Shown: positions 1 to 9,049 of the stretch, in pieces
How positions within the stretch are numbered: position 1 is the stretch's first letter
Layout: every line of letters starts with the position of its first letter
The notes under the pieces: generated by a model
Databases searched by the model: none
The model's input: only the letters and a program-made list of their open reading frames with translations
Told to the model about the DNA's origin: nothing
Translations under genes and position numbers: made by a program
Source of the DNA: Frankiales bacterium
GTDB taxonomy: Bacteria > Actinomycetota > Actinomycetes > Mycobacteriales > SCTD01
Length of the DNA stretch: 64,000 nucleotides
NCBI GenBank assembly: GCA_025966135.1
Contig: JAOPVP010000054.1
Coordinates: forward strand, 539-64,538
Direction of reading: 5' to 3'

Positions 1-2158
1 CGAGGGCGGCCAGGGGCAGCGCTGCGACGTTGTAGGCGAACGCCCAGAACAAGTTCGCTTTGATGGTTGCGAGGGTCTTGCGGGCGAGGAGGATGGCGTC
101 GGGCACGGCACGCAGGTCATCCCTGACGAGGGTGAGGTCGCTGGCTTCGATGGCGACGTCGGTGCCGGTGCCCATCGCGAGGCCGAGGTCAGCCTGCGCG
201 AGCGCAGCCGCGTCGTTGACGCCATCACCGACCATGGCGACGACGCGGCCTTCGGCCTGCAGGCGCCGGATGTGGTCGACCTTTTCGGCCGGCAGGACGT
301 CAGCGATCACGTCGGCGATGCCGACCAGATCCGCGACCGTACGAGCGGCCGCAGCGTTGTCGCCGGTCAGCAAGATGGGCGTAAGCCCCAGCGCCTTGAG
401 CTGGCCAATCGCGTCGGCGCTGGTCGGCTTGATGGCGTCACCGACGACGAGGACACCGCGGGCCTGACCGTCCCAGGCAGCGACGATGGCGGTACGGCCC
501 TGAGCCTCGGCGGCCTCCTTGGCGCGGGATAGCTTCTCGGGCAGCATCAGGCTCCACCGCGCGAGCAGCGCTGGGCGGCCGGCGAGGGCGAGGTGACCCT
601 CGACGATGCCTTGTACGCCGAGCCCGGCCTGGTTGGTGAATGCCTCCACCGCGGGCAGCGCCCGGTGGCTTGCGTGGGCGGCGCGGCTGATGGCGCGCGC
701 GATCGGGTGCTCGGAGGCGTCCTCCAGCGCGCCGACGATGCGCAGTACTTCTGCCTTGTCGGTGTCGGCGGCCGCGATGATGTCGTGCAGTGTCATCTGT
801 CCGGTTGTGACGGTGCCGGTTTTGTCGAGCACCACGGTGTCGACGCGACGCGTGCTCTCAAGCACCTCGGGGCCCTTGATCAGAATGCCGAGCTGCGCGC
901 CGCGCCCGGTGCCGACGAGAAGCGCGGTCGGCGTGGCCAGGCCAAGGGCGCACGGGCAGGCGATGATGAGGACGGCGACTGCGGCGGTAAACGCCGAGTT
1001 CGCACCCCCACCCGTCACGAGCCACCCGCCCAGGGTGGCGAGGGCGAGGGCGATGACGACGGGAACGAACACGGCGCTGACGCGGTCGGCAAGGCGCTGG
1101 ATCTCGGCCTTCCCGCTCTGGGCCTCGGTGACGAGCCGACCGATCTGCGCGAGCTGGGTGTCGGCGCCGACGCGGATGGCGCGGACGAGCAGACGGCCGC
1201 CGGCGTTGACCGTCGCGCCGGTCACGGTGTCACCTGGGCCGACCTCCACGGGGATGCTCTCGCCGGTGAGCAGGCTGGCGTCGACGGCGCTGCTGCCGTC
1301 GATGACCTCACCGTCAGTGGCGATCTTTTCCCCCGGCCGGACAACGAAGACGTCCCCGACGACCAGGGTCTCGACGGGAATGCGGACCTCACGGCCGTCG
1401 CGCTGCACGGCGACGTCCTTCGCCCCCAGCGCGAGAAGTGCCTTCAGGGCGGCACCTGCTCGACGCTTGGCGCGGGCTTCGAAGTACCGGCCCGCGAGGA
1501 TGAACACCGTCACGACGGACGCAACCTCGAGGTAGATCTCGTCGTGCCCGTGCATGCGGTCGGTCGTGAAGCTGAGCGTCATCTTCAGGCCCGGTTCACC
1601 GGCGGTCCCCACGAACAGGGCGTACAGCGACCACAGCCACGCGGCGAGTGTCCCGATCGAGATGAGCGTGTCCATGGTCGCGGCTCGGTGCCGGGCGTTG
1701 GTCCACGCCGCCTTGTGGAACGGCAACGCCCCCCAGACAACGACGGGCGAGGCGAGGGTGAGGGCGAGCCACTGCCAGTTGCGGAACTGCAGCGCCGGAA
1801 CCATCGACATGAGCAAGACGGGAAGGCCGAGTGCGGCGGACACGAGCAGGCGTTCACGCAGGCTGCGTGTCGGGTCCTGGTCCTGGTCGGCGACGGACGG
1901 CCGGTCGGCGTCGGTGGGCGGGAGCGCCGCGGCGTAGCCGGCGGCAGCGACGGTCGCGAGCAGCTCTTCAGTGCTGACGGTGGCCGGGAACGTGACGCGC
2001 GCCTGCTCGGTCGCGTAGTTGACGGTTGCCACGACCCCGTCGAGCTTGTTGAGCTTGCGCTCGATGCGGTTCGCGCAGGACGCGCACGTCATGCCGGTGA
2101 TGGCGAGCTCGACGGTGCTGTCGGCCCGACGGGCGGCACTGCGCCCTGCGGTCGTCAT
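1..2158 (-). CDS. copA: Copper-translocating P1B-type ATPase (CopA/CtpV-like); C-terminal end cut by the window edge
   Basis: Absent from the ORF track because it runs off the window. My reverse-strand translation from ATG 2158 gives [39 protein letters not shown] (HMA domain, GMTCxxC). Near position 1 it reads [22 protein letters not shown]...[14 protein letters not shown]. The + strand ORF 593..2809 is its antisense shadow. Confidence 0.9.
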   Translation of the reverse strand, partial: MTTAGRSAARRADSTVELAITGMTCASCANRIERKLNKLDGVVATVNYATEQARVTFPATVSTEELLATVAAAGYAAALPPTDADRPSVADQDQDPTRSLRERLLVSAALGLPVLLMSMVPALQFRNWQWLALTLASPVVVWGALPFHKAAWTNARHRAATMDTLISIGTLAAWLWSLYALFVGTAGEPGLKMTLSFTTDRMHGHDEIYLEVASVVTVFILAGRYFEARAKRRAGAALKALLALGAKDVAVQRDGREVRIPVETLVVGDVFVVRPGEKIATDGEVIDGSSAVDASLLTGESIPVEVGPGDTVTGATVNAGGRLLVRAIRVGADTQLAQIGRLVTEAQSGKAEIQRLADRVSAVFVPVVIALALATLGGWLVTGGGANSAFTAAVAVLIIACPCALGLATPTALLVGTGRGAQLGILIKGPEVLESTRRVDTVVLDKTGTVTTGQMTLHDIIAAADTDKAEVLRIVGALEDASEHPIARAISRAAHASHRALPAVEAFTNQAGLGVQGIVEGHLALAGRPALLARWSLMLPEKLSRAKEAAEAQGRTAIVAAWDGQARGVLVVGDAIKPTSADAIGQLKALGLTPILLTGDNAAAARTVADLVGIADVIADVLPAEKVDHIRRLQAEGRVVAMVGDGVNDAAALAQADLGLAMGTGTDVAIEASDLTLVRDDLRAVPDAILLARKTLATIKANLFWAFAYNVAALPLAAL

Positions 2159-2212
2159 ATCCGCTCCTTAGCTGCTGTGGCTGGTGCTCTTCGGTATCAA
2201 CCGTCGTGTCCT

Positions 2213-2422
2213 TCAGGCGGAGGTCAGCTGGTAGCCGGCTGCTTCGACGGCGGTGCGGATCTGCGCCTCATCGAGCGGTGCGGCGCTGGTGACGGTGACC
2301 AGGCCGGTGGTCAGATCGACGTCGACCTTGCTGACGCCGGGCAGGCCGCCTACCTCCTCGGTGACCGAGGAGACGCAGTGGCCGCAGGTCATGCCGGTCA
2401 CGGTAAAGCTGCTGGCGCTCAT
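2213..2422 (-). CDS. copZ: Copper chaperone, heavy-metal-associated domain protein
   Basis: 69-aa ORF with the HMA motif VTGMTCGHCV. It lies between csoR and copA on the same strand. Confidence 0.9.
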   Translation of the reverse strand: MSASSFTVTGMTCGHCVSSVTEEVGGLPGVSKVDVDLTTGLVTVTSAAPLDEAQIRTAVEAAGYQLTSA

Positions 2423-2476
2423 GGTGTCCCTTCTGCTGCCGGCCCGGTCGCAACCGCGGCCGTGGATGGGGTTCGG

Positions 2477-2758
2477 TTAGCTGCGGACGAGACGGGCGAT
2501 GGCATCGGAGGCCTCCTTGAGCTTCGCCTCCTGCTCGGCACCACCTGCTCGGGCGGCGTCGACGAGGCAGTGGCCCATGTGGTCGTCGAGCAGGATGAGT
2601 GCGACAGACTGCAGCGCCTTGGTCGCGGCGGACACCTGGGTGAGGATGTCGATGCAGTACTTGTCCTCCTCAACCATCTTGGCGATCCCGCGCACCTGGC
2701 CTTCGATCCGACGCAGCCGCTTGAGGTGGTCGTCCTTGGTGTCGCTGTAGCCAGGCAC
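2477..2758 (-). CDS. csoR: CsoR-family copper-sensing transcriptional repressor
   Basis: 93-aa ORF with the CsoR/DUF156 pattern RLRRIEGQVRGIAKMVEEDKYCIDILTQVSA...LLDDHMGHC (Cys-His-Cys ligand set). GTG start at 2758 is preceded by GAGAGG. Confidence 0.9.
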   Translation of the reverse strand: MPGYSDTKDDHLKRLRRIEGQVRGIAKMVEEDKYCIDILTQVSAATKALQSVALILLDDHMGHCLVDAARAGGAEQEAKLKEASDAIARLVRS

Positions 2759-2790
2759 GGCGTGAGCCTCTCATTCGTAGCCAGTTCCCT

Positions 2791-2823
2791 GGGTACTATA
2801 CCCCCCTAGGGTAACTGCATCAA
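2791..2823 (-). promoter_or_regulatory. Candidate csoR-copZ-copA promoter (TTGATG-N17-TATAGT) with overlapping CsoR-type GGGTA/TACCC inverted repeats
   Basis: The gene strand reads TTGATGcagtTACCCTAGGGGGGTATAGTACCC. The -35 is the reverse complement of 2818..2823 and the -10 is the reverse complement of 2795..2800, with a 17-nt spacer. On the + strand: GGGTA 2791..2795, TACCC 2799..2803, GGGTA 2809..2813. The site is about 35-65 nt upstream of the csoR GTG. Confidence 0.55.
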
Positions 2824-3136
2824 GACTGGTCCGTCGGCGATTGTTCCGCGGCTGCTTGGACCGCCTTGTCGAGCGACTGGGCGTTTCGGCACGCTCCGCG
2901 ACCCATCTCCCGAATCAGATATCAGCCGACTTGGTAGCCCGGACGAAGGGGCCGGCGGAAGGATCCTCAGAGGCAGTCAGCGCGTTCGGTGGTGTCGCGC
3001 ATCGTGTTCACAACGCCAGCCACAGGCCCTGCCGGGGCGCGGAAGGTCCGGCCGGCGCATCATCACACCGTTTGCAGGTCGCACTCGTCGAGTGCGGTCC
3101 ACGAGGCGCACGGGAAGGGTCGCGACTCGTGGCGAG

Positions 3137-5281
3137 TCACCGCCCTACGGTCGTCGTCACCCCGCCCGCGGCCGCTCCTCGCGGGGGAGCATCAGGCAAG
3201 GAGCGCGTGCTCGGCTCACCCTTCGTGCTCGGGAGTGGGCGGGACCGGGCGCTGCGTCGGTGACCCGGAACCTGCCAGTGTCGCTGGCGCAGCAGGCGCA
3301 GCCCGTTGAGGCCGACGAGGACCGTTCCTCCTTCATGTGCGGCGACGCCCAGCGGCAGCGGCAGCTGGCCGAAGAGGTCCCACGTGATAAGCACGATGAT
3401 CGCGGTCCCGGCCAGGACCAGGTTCTGCTGAACGGCTCGGTGCGCCCGGCGTGACAAGGCGATCACGGCCGGGAGGGCTTCGAGCTCATCGTGTACCAGG
3501 ACGGCGTCCGCGGCTCGTAGGGCCAGGTCGCTCCCGCCACGACCCATCGCGATACCCACGTCAGCGGCTGCGAGCGCGGGAGCGTCGTTCACGCCGTCCC
3601 CCACGACCAGGAGACGACCGCCGTCCCGGAGGCGCGCGACCTCGGTGACCTTGTCGGCGGGCAGGAGCCCGGCGCGGATGTCGCTGATCCCGACCTGCGC
3701 CGCAAGGGCTGCGGCAGCACGGGCGTTGTCGCCGGTGAGCAAGGCCGGGGTGCTTCCTGTCGCGGCCGTGAGCGACGCGACGGTCGGAGCAGCGCCGGCC
3801 CTGATCTGATCGACGAGGCCGAGCACGCCAGCTGGCCGCCCGTCGAGAACGACGACGACGGCGGTGGCACCGGTCAGTTCGATCGCGTTCACCTGGTCGC
3901 GGACTGCCTGTCCAAGGGCGGCGGGGACGGCCGCGAGGAGGGCGGGGCTTCCCACCTGGACGCAATGGCCTGCAATGCGGGCGCTGACGCCCCGGCCTGG
4001 GGTGGAATCGAACTCGTCGGCCCGGGACAGCGCCAGGTTGCGTTCGAGGGCGGCACTGACGACTGCCTGGCCGAGCGGGTGCTCGCTGGGGACCTCTGCG
4101 GACGCCGCGAGACAGAGAAGCGCGTCCTCCGTGAGGTTCGAGCCAGGCGCGAGGACGGCGTGGGCGAGGCGAGGCCTGCCCGTGGTGAGCGTGCCGGTCT
4201 TGTCGAACGCGACGCGAGTGATGCCGCCGAGCTGCTCCATGACGACGGCGGACTTGACGAGCACGCCGTTGCGGCCGGCGGTGGCGATCGCAGACAACAA
4301 CGGGGGCATCGTGGCGAGGACCACCGCGCATGGCGAGGCCACGATCATGAACGTCATGGCGCGCAGCAGCGCCGGTCGCAACGGCTCGCCAAGGGCGAGC
4401 GGTAGCAAGAACACGCCGAGGGTCGCCAGCACGACGGTGACGGAGTAGCGCTGCTCGACCCGTTCGATGAACAGCTGCGTGTGGGCCTTGGTCGCGCTGG
4501 CCCGCTCGACCAACGTGACGAGGCGGGCGACGACCGAGTCCGTAGCCGCCCGACTGACCCGGACCTGGAGAGTTCCGCGCACGTTGAGGCTGCCCGCGTA
4601 CACCTCGTCGCCGGCTGTCCGAAAGACCGGCAGAGGTTCGCCCGTGATGCTGGCTTGGTCGACGTCGCTGGCGCCATCCACGACGAGGCCGTCGGCGCCG
4701 ATGCTCTCGCCGGGTCGGACCACCACGATGTCACCGACGAGTAGCGCCGCGGTGTCGACGATCTCCTCAGCGCCGTCGGCGGCCAGACGGCTGGCGCGAT
4801 CCGGGGACAGGGTGAGCAGAGCCCTGACTGAATCCTGGGTGCGCTTGGTCGCGTACGCCTCCTGCGCACCGGAGGTCGCGAAGATGACGATGAGTAGCCC
4901 GCCGTCCAGTACCGGTCCGATGCTCGCCGCCCCGAGCGCGGCGACGATCATGAGCAGGTCCACGTCCAGGCTCTTCTCACGTGCGGCTTGTAGGCCGGCG
5001 AGGAGCGGCTCCCAGCCGCCAGCGGCGTAGCAGAGCGCAAACACGAGCGCGCTGATCCAGTCGGGCGAAGCGGTGGCGTAACGGAGGGCGCACGCAAGGG
5101 CGAGCAGGAGCACCGACGCCGTCGCCCACCGCACCTCCGGCAGAGCGAACACGCCCGTTCTCAGCACCAAGCTGCGGTCGCCGACGCCTCGCCGGGCAGC
5201 AGACGCACCGCCGTGCTGTCCCTGGTCACCAGGATGCCCGATGATGGTCGCGTCAGCCACGATATCAACGTAACAGCGCAT
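3137..5281 (-). CDS. Heavy-metal P1B-4-type ATPase (Co/Ni exporter, CtpD/CtpJ-like)
   Basis: 714-aa ORF with AFDKTGTLTTG (phosphorylation site), TM6 IVASPCAVVLAT (SPC motif), GDGVNDAPAL hinge and TM8 AAHEGGTVLV. There is no N-terminal CxxC/HMA domain. ATG 5281 may be a leaderless start. The Pro/Arg-rich C-terminal tail is unverified. Confidence 0.85.
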   Translation of the reverse strand: MRCYVDIVADATIIGHPGDQGQHGGASAARRGVGDRSLVLRTGVFALPEVRWATASVLLLALACALRYATASPDWISALVFALCYAAGGWEPLLAGLQAAREKSLDVDLLMIVAALGAASIGPVLDGGLLIVIFATSGAQEAYATKRTQDSVRALLTLSPDRASRLAADGAEEIVDTAALLVGDIVVVRPGESIGADGLVVDGASDVDQASITGEPLPVFRTAGDEVYAGSLNVRGTLQVRVSRAATDSVVARLVTLVERASATKAHTQLFIERVEQRYSVTVVLATLGVFLLPLALGEPLRPALLRAMTFMIVASPCAVVLATMPPLLSAIATAGRNGVLVKSAVVMEQLGGITRVAFDKTGTLTTGRPRLAHAVLAPGSNLTEDALLCLAASAEVPSEHPLGQAVVSAALERNLALSRADEFDSTPGRGVSARIAGHCVQVGSPALLAAVPAALGQAVRDQVNAIELTGATAVVVVLDGRPAGVLGLVDQIRAGAAPTVASLTAATGSTPALLTGDNARAAAALAAQVGISDIRAGLLPADKVTEVARLRDGGRLLVVGDGVNDAPALAAADVGIAMGRGGSDLALRAADAVLVHDELEALPAVIALSRRAHRAVQQNLVLAGTAIIVLITWDLFGQLPLPLGVAAHEGGTVLVGLNGLRLLRQRHWQVPGHRRSARSRPLPSTKGEPSTRSLPDAPPRGAAAGGVTTTVGR

Positions 5282-5298
5282 CTTCGTGAATACGAAGA
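5281..5298. promoter_or_regulatory. Palindromic candidate ArsR/SmtB operator TCTTCGTgaatACGAAGA
   Basis: Perfect 7-4-7 inverted repeat read directly from the sequence. It lies between the divergent ATPase (ATG 5281) and arsR-family gene (ATG 5313). It overlaps the ATPase start codon and a TATTCA -10-like hexamer on the ATPase strand (reverse complement of 5287..5292). Confidence 0.5.
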
Positions 5299-5312
5299 TA
5301 AGGAGAGGCCAG

Positions 5313-5672
5313 ATGGGTCACATCGCGGGCGGAGCCGGTGATCCGCTCGATCCTGCCGAGGCACCGAGCGACGAACTGGTCGCACTCGCCGCGGCGGAAT
5401 TTGCGATGCTCGCGGATCCGACGCGCCTGAAGCTCCTATGGCTGCTCTCAGACGACGAGCGTGACGTCACGACTCTGGCGCGTCTCGCCCGCACGAGCCC
5501 GACGGCAGCCAGCCAACATCTGAGCAAGCTCAGGCTCGCGGGCCTGGTTGAGCAGCGCGCGGACGGGCAGCGCCGCGTCTACTCCATCCGCGGCGATCAC
5601 CTGCGCACCCTCCTCCGCGAGTCCCTCTACCACGCCGACCATCAGGCCCACGGCATTCCGCACACCGACTGA
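5313..5672 (+). CDS. ArsR/SmtB-family metal-sensing repressor (NmtR/CzrA-like)
   Basis: ORF 5286..5672; I prefer ATG 5313 (AGGAG at 5301..5305). The wHTH reads LADPTRLKLLWLLSDDERDVTTLARLARTSPTAASQHLSKLRLAGLV. The His-rich C-terminus HADHQAHGIPHTD could supply metal ligands. It is divergent from the P1B-4 ATPase. Confidence 0.85.
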   Translation: MGHIAGGAGDPLDPAEAPSDELVALAAAEFAMLADPTRLKLLWLLSDDERDVTTLARLARTSPTAASQHLSKLRLAGLVEQRADGQRRVYSIRGDHLRTLLRESLYHADHQAHGIPHTD

Positions 5673-5965
5673 TAGCGGCGTCCGGTGGCCGCCCGCAGCC
5701 ATCGCCTGCCGTACGGAAACGCCGTCATGCGCCACGCCGACCGTTTCTCCGTCGCCCCACTCCCTGCAAGCTGCACCCGAGAAGCGTGGGGGCGGCGTAC
5801 TGAGCTGCCTTTGTTTCACCGGTGTTGACGACCCGGTGGCTCGCACGAAGGCGCACACACCGCCCGTGCTCAAGCGGTTTCGGGCTACTCCGAGTCCACC
5901 TCGGTGCCGCGTGCCCCGCCGCGCCCCGCCCCGCCCCGCGGAACCGGGGAACCTCGCTGCACTGG

Positions 5966-6015
5966 TTGACAGCCGAAAACTTCCGACCGATACTTAGCCA
6001 TGTGACTAAGTATCG
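5966..6015 (+). promoter_or_regulatory. Candidate leaderless promoter (TTGACA-N17-GATACT) with a 10-8-10 perfect inverted-repeat operator
   Basis: TTGACA at 5966..5971, 17-nt spacer, GATACT at 5989..5994. The inverted repeat is CGATACTTAG (5988..5997), 8 nt, then CTAAGTATCG (6006..6015). It spans the -10, the expected transcription start and the GTG start at 6002. Confidence 0.5.
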
Positions 6016-6340
6016 TGAGGGTCTCGACGGGATCTTCCACGCGCTCTGCGATGCGAGCCGACGCTCGATGGTCGAACGCCTCGCACGCGGACCCGCCTCT
6101 GTCTCCGATCTCGCCCAGCCGTTCAACATGGCTCTGCCGACGATCGTCCAGCACCTCGCGGTGCTCGAGACCGCCGGAGTCGTCACCTCCACGAAGGTCG
6201 GGCGCGTCCGCACCTACCAGCTCGCCGTCGGAGCCCTCGACGCCGCCACCGCCTGGACGGGCGGGCAACGGCTCCCCGCAGAACGTCGACTCGACCGTCT
6301 CGGCGCACACCTCAACCCCACCAACGACAACCAGGAGTGA
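6002..6340 (+). CDS. ArsR-family transcriptional regulator of the type usually paired with an SRPBCC/Aha1 protein
   Basis: Inside ORF 5822..6340. The GTG at 6002 gives VTKYREGLDGIFHALCDASRRSMVERLARGPASVSDLAQPFNMALPTIVQHLAVLETAGVV (wHTH). The upstream part of the ORF is Arg/Pro-rich and looks non-coding. Confidence 0.8.
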   Translation: MTKYREGLDGIFHALCDASRRSMVERLARGPASVSDLAQPFNMALPTIVQHLAVLETAGVVTSTKVGRVRTYQLAVGALDAATAWTGGQRLPAERRLDRLGAHLNPTNDNQE

Positions 6341-6819
6341 ACGACATGAGCAGCACCCTCGAGCACAGCCAGGTCCACGCCACCTTCGTCGTGGAGCGCA
6401 CCTACCCCTCTCCCGTCAAAGACGTCTGGCACGCACTTTCCGACAACGACGCGCGTGACCAGTGGTTCGGCGCCGGCGAGGCTTTCCTCACCACTGAGAA
6501 GTCGCACGACTTCCGGGTCGGGGGCAAGGGCTACGAGGACGGCCAATGGCACGGCGGCCCTCGCTCGGTCTTCAACTCGACCTACACCGACATCGTGCAG
6601 CACCAGCGGATCGTCTTCACCTACGACATGTGGATCGACGGTCAGCACCTGTCGACCTCGCTCACCACGATCGCTCTCCGCGGTGATGGCGACGTCACAC
6701 ACCTGTCCTACACAGAGCAGGGCGTCCACTACGACGGCTTGGACAGCGTCGAGGGCCGCGAAGAAGGCACCGGCGGACTGCTCGACCAGCTCGGTGCCTT
6801 CCTCACCGCCTCCCCGTGA
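6337..6819 (+). CDS. SRPBCC-family (Aha1/BPI-like) protein
   Basis: 160-aa ORF: ATFVVERTYPSPVKDVWHALSDNDARDQWFG...IVFTYDMW. Its start overlaps the stop of the upstream ArsR gene by 4 nt. An ATG at 6346 is an alternative start. Confidence 0.8.
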   Translation: MNDMSSTLEHSQVHATFVVERTYPSPVKDVWHALSDNDARDQWFGAGEAFLTTEKSHDFRVGGKGYEDGQWHGGPRSVFNSTYTDIVQHQRIVFTYDMWIDGQHLSTSLTTIALRGDGDVTHLSYTEQGVHYDGLDSVEGREEGTGGLLDQLGAFLTASP

Positions 6820-7060
6820 CGTCCACAGCGGTCGCGCGCCCCCCGGCCTGGAGGGTCGTGCTCGCCGCCGCAGCAACCGCGCTGACCGTCAACCGTGGTG
6901 CTCTCCGCGATCGGGAAGCGGCCGGCGGCAACTTCACCTACAGGCAAGCAGGATGAGCTCGCAAGCGTCAACGCGGACCTGACGCCGTTCCCATGGCGTT
7001 GGTGCCCTCCGGGGCACCATTACGGAGAGTAATCTCGCGATTGCCAATCGTACGTGGGCT

Positions 7061-8254
7061 TCAGTGGGGGGAGTCGGCGCCGGTCTGGTACTGGGCCTGG
7101 TCGGCGTCGGCGAGTTGTGCTCGCAACTCGGCGAGGTACTTCTCCTGGTTGCGCTGCCACTGCCCGGTGTTCTGACGGCCCTTCAGCCGGCGGGATCGGA
7201 TCACCGAGATCGCCCGGGAGATGACCGCATCGACCGCGCCCGACGAGGCGATCCCCAGTTCGTCGGCGATGGCATCGCCGTGGAACCGGCGGGCGAGTGC
7301 GCTCAACGCCTTGGAACCAATCGACTCCGGCAGGTTGAGCGCGTCACGAAGCTCGCCGGTGATCGACTCGAGCGTGGCCGCGGCGAGCAACGCGGATTCA
7401 GCAATCAGCGGCCCGGTTACGGCCTGGAGCAGCTCGTCGACACGACGCGCCTGTTCGTGGGTGGAGATGCCCTCGATCAGCCGTGCGTCGATCCCGAGCA
7501 GATGGCCGAGCAGCCACCAGCAGCGGTAGAGCGAAGCCGTCTCGCTGGTCGTCAGGCCGAACCCCATCGACTCCTCGGCCTGCAGTGAGGTGACGGTGAA
7601 GTCCATCCACGTCCGAGCGAGATCGACCTGGTTGATCGGCGTGCCGTAGGCAGCCTCGTCGAACCCGCGGTTTCGGACGAGCCGCCGCATGTTGGCGTGC
7701 AGCATGCGCACCTGCAACGTGGCCACGTACCCGGGCTGACCGACCCGCAGCGACCCCGGCAGCATCGCCGTCGCCACCCACGTCCCGGTCTCGCGGATGC
7801 GTCGGTCGGCCCCGTCCACGAGGCGCTCGGTGGTGGCCAGCACGGCGGCGATCGAGGGTGACTCGTATACCCGGATCAAGGCGCCTGCGCTCAGCGAGAT
7901 CAGATGCACCGGGGGCGGCATCGTGAAGAAGGGCGCCGACCCGTGGTCCAGCAGGTCGTCGTCGGCGTAGTCGGGCAACCGCTCGGTGTCGCTCAGGAAG
8001 GCCACGACCGACTCGGGCGGGTCGACGACGGCGTCGAGCCCGTCACGGATGCCGAGCTGGACGGCCTGGCGAGCCTGCGGATGCCCGTCGTGGATGTCGG
8101 CCACAACGGCGTCGGCGAGCGGATCGCCAGAGGTGAGTGCCCATCCGGCCACATCGGCGCGGTCGGTGCCGAACTGGGCGATCAGGCTCGACCTCGTGCC
8201 CCGAGCGTGTGGCCACGGCTTGTCCGAGGGTCGGCGTTGTGGCTCAGTGCTCAT
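7061..8254 (-). CDS. Oxygenase MpaB-family (DUF2236) protein
   Basis: Inside ORF 7061..8344, starting at ATG 8254 (MSTEPQRRP...). Family-like segment: VATLQVRMLHANMRRLVRNRGFDEAAYGTPINQVDLARTWMDF. The ATGA overlap with the tetR stop (8251..8254) supports this start. Confidence 0.75.
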   Translation of the reverse strand: MSTEPQRRPSDKPWPHARGTRSSLIAQFGTDRADVAGWALTSGDPLADAVVADIHDGHPQARQAVQLGIRDGLDAVVDPPESVVAFLSDTERLPDYADDDLLDHGSAPFFTMPPPVHLISLSAGALIRVYESPSIAAVLATTERLVDGADRRIRETGTWVATAMLPGSLRVGQPGYVATLQVRMLHANMRRLVRNRGFDEAAYGTPINQVDLARTWMDFTVTSLQAEESMGFGLTTSETASLYRCWWLLGHLLGIDARLIEGISTHEQARRVDELLQAVTGPLIAESALLAAATLESITGELRDALNLPESIGSKALSALARRFHGDAIADELGIASSGAVDAVISRAISVIRSRRLKGRQNTGQWQRNQEKYLAELRAQLADADQAQYQTGADSPH

Positions 8255-8973
8255 GGTTGCTGCTCCCTGGTCCGTGTCGGTCGCGACGGACTCGGCTCCG
8301 GCACGTCGTAGTGCGCGAGGAGGTCCGCCACGAACCTGCGGCACGTCGCGTCGCTGGGGTTGCGGCCCTCGATGACGTGCAGCACGGCGAACCCGAACGC
8401 CGCCGAGAAGATGGCTCGCGCCGCCTGCTCGTCAGCGACGTAGTGCTGGATCAGCTCGACGAACGCCTCGTGGGTGTTGGCCATCACCCTGGACCACGCA
8501 GGGCGGCGTACCGCGGCAAACTGAAGCTCGAGATTCGCGACGAAGATGTGGCGGTTTGGCCCCAGCTCCTCGATCAGGAACGTCGCCGCCGCGTCGGCCA
8601 GGGTCAGTGTGCCCGACTGAGCCAGCTCGGCGACCGCGGCGAGCCGGGCGACGCTGGACACGGACAGGGACAACAGGGTCGCCTGCAGCAGGTCGTCGAG
8701 GGTGGCGAAGTGGTACGTCGTCAAGGCCGTCGAGACGCCCGCGTCGGCAGCAACTGCTCGGTGCGTCACCGCAGTGAGTCCGCCAGCCGCGATCACCCGA
8801 GCGCTGGCGTCCAAGATCGCTTGCCGGCTGGCTGCACCGCGGGCACGGCGCCCATCGGTCGCAGGCCGGCTCTTGGCCCTCGCACTAACTGTACTAATGT
8901 CCAGTAATCTAGGACCGGTTCTGCTCTGCGTCAACTGGTTGCCGCCCCGGGGGCAGTTGGAACGTTCAACCAT
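8251..8973 (-). CDS. TetR/AcrR-family transcriptional regulator
   Basis: 240-aa ORF with HTH RQAILDASARVIAAGGLTAVTHRAVAADAGVSTALTTYHFATLDDLL. The start codon is uncertain. It is translationally coupled to the downstream mpaB-like gene. Confidence 0.8.
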   Translation of the reverse strand: MVERSNCPRGGNQLTQSRTGPRLLDISTVSARAKSRPATDGRRARGAASRQAILDASARVIAAGGLTAVTHRAVAADAGVSTALTTYHFATLDDLLQATLLSLSVSSVARLAAVAELAQSGTLTLADAAATFLIEELGPNRHIFVANLELQFAAVRRPAWSRVMANTHEAFVELIQHYVADEQAARAIFSAAFGFAVLHVIEGRNPSDATCRRFVADLLAHYDVPEPSPSRPTRTREQQP

Positions 8974-9012
8974 CGAGCGCCCAAGGTCACGGCCCGTCGG
9001 ACCGGCTGAGCA

Positions 9013-9039
9013 CTGTCTGAGGGGGTCGCTCAGCGACAG
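9013..9039 (-). terminator. Candidate terminator hairpin after the TetR gene at 9050
   Basis: Gene strand: CTGTC-gc-TGAG-cgacccc-CTCA-GACAG (5+4 bp stem with a 2-nt bulge). There is no U-tract. It starts about 10 nt after the stop codon. Confidence 0.3.
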
Positions 9040-9049
9040 CTGATCGCCA

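Noticed and set aside
593-2809. 738-aa + strand ORF and its overlapping neighbours (606..1535, 1554..1937)
   Set aside because: It lies antisense to copA/copZ/csoR, which have unmistakable motifs. The product is Gly/Arg/Asp-rich low-complexity sequence, typical of stop-poor frames in high-GC DNA.
2824-3136. Roughly 310-bp lower-GC gap between the csoR promoter and the ATPase stop, with small ORFs (for example a 28-aa minus-strand ORF from about 3060)
   Set aside because: There is no Shine-Dalgarno, no codon bias and no recognisable motif. I cannot support a gene or an RNA here.
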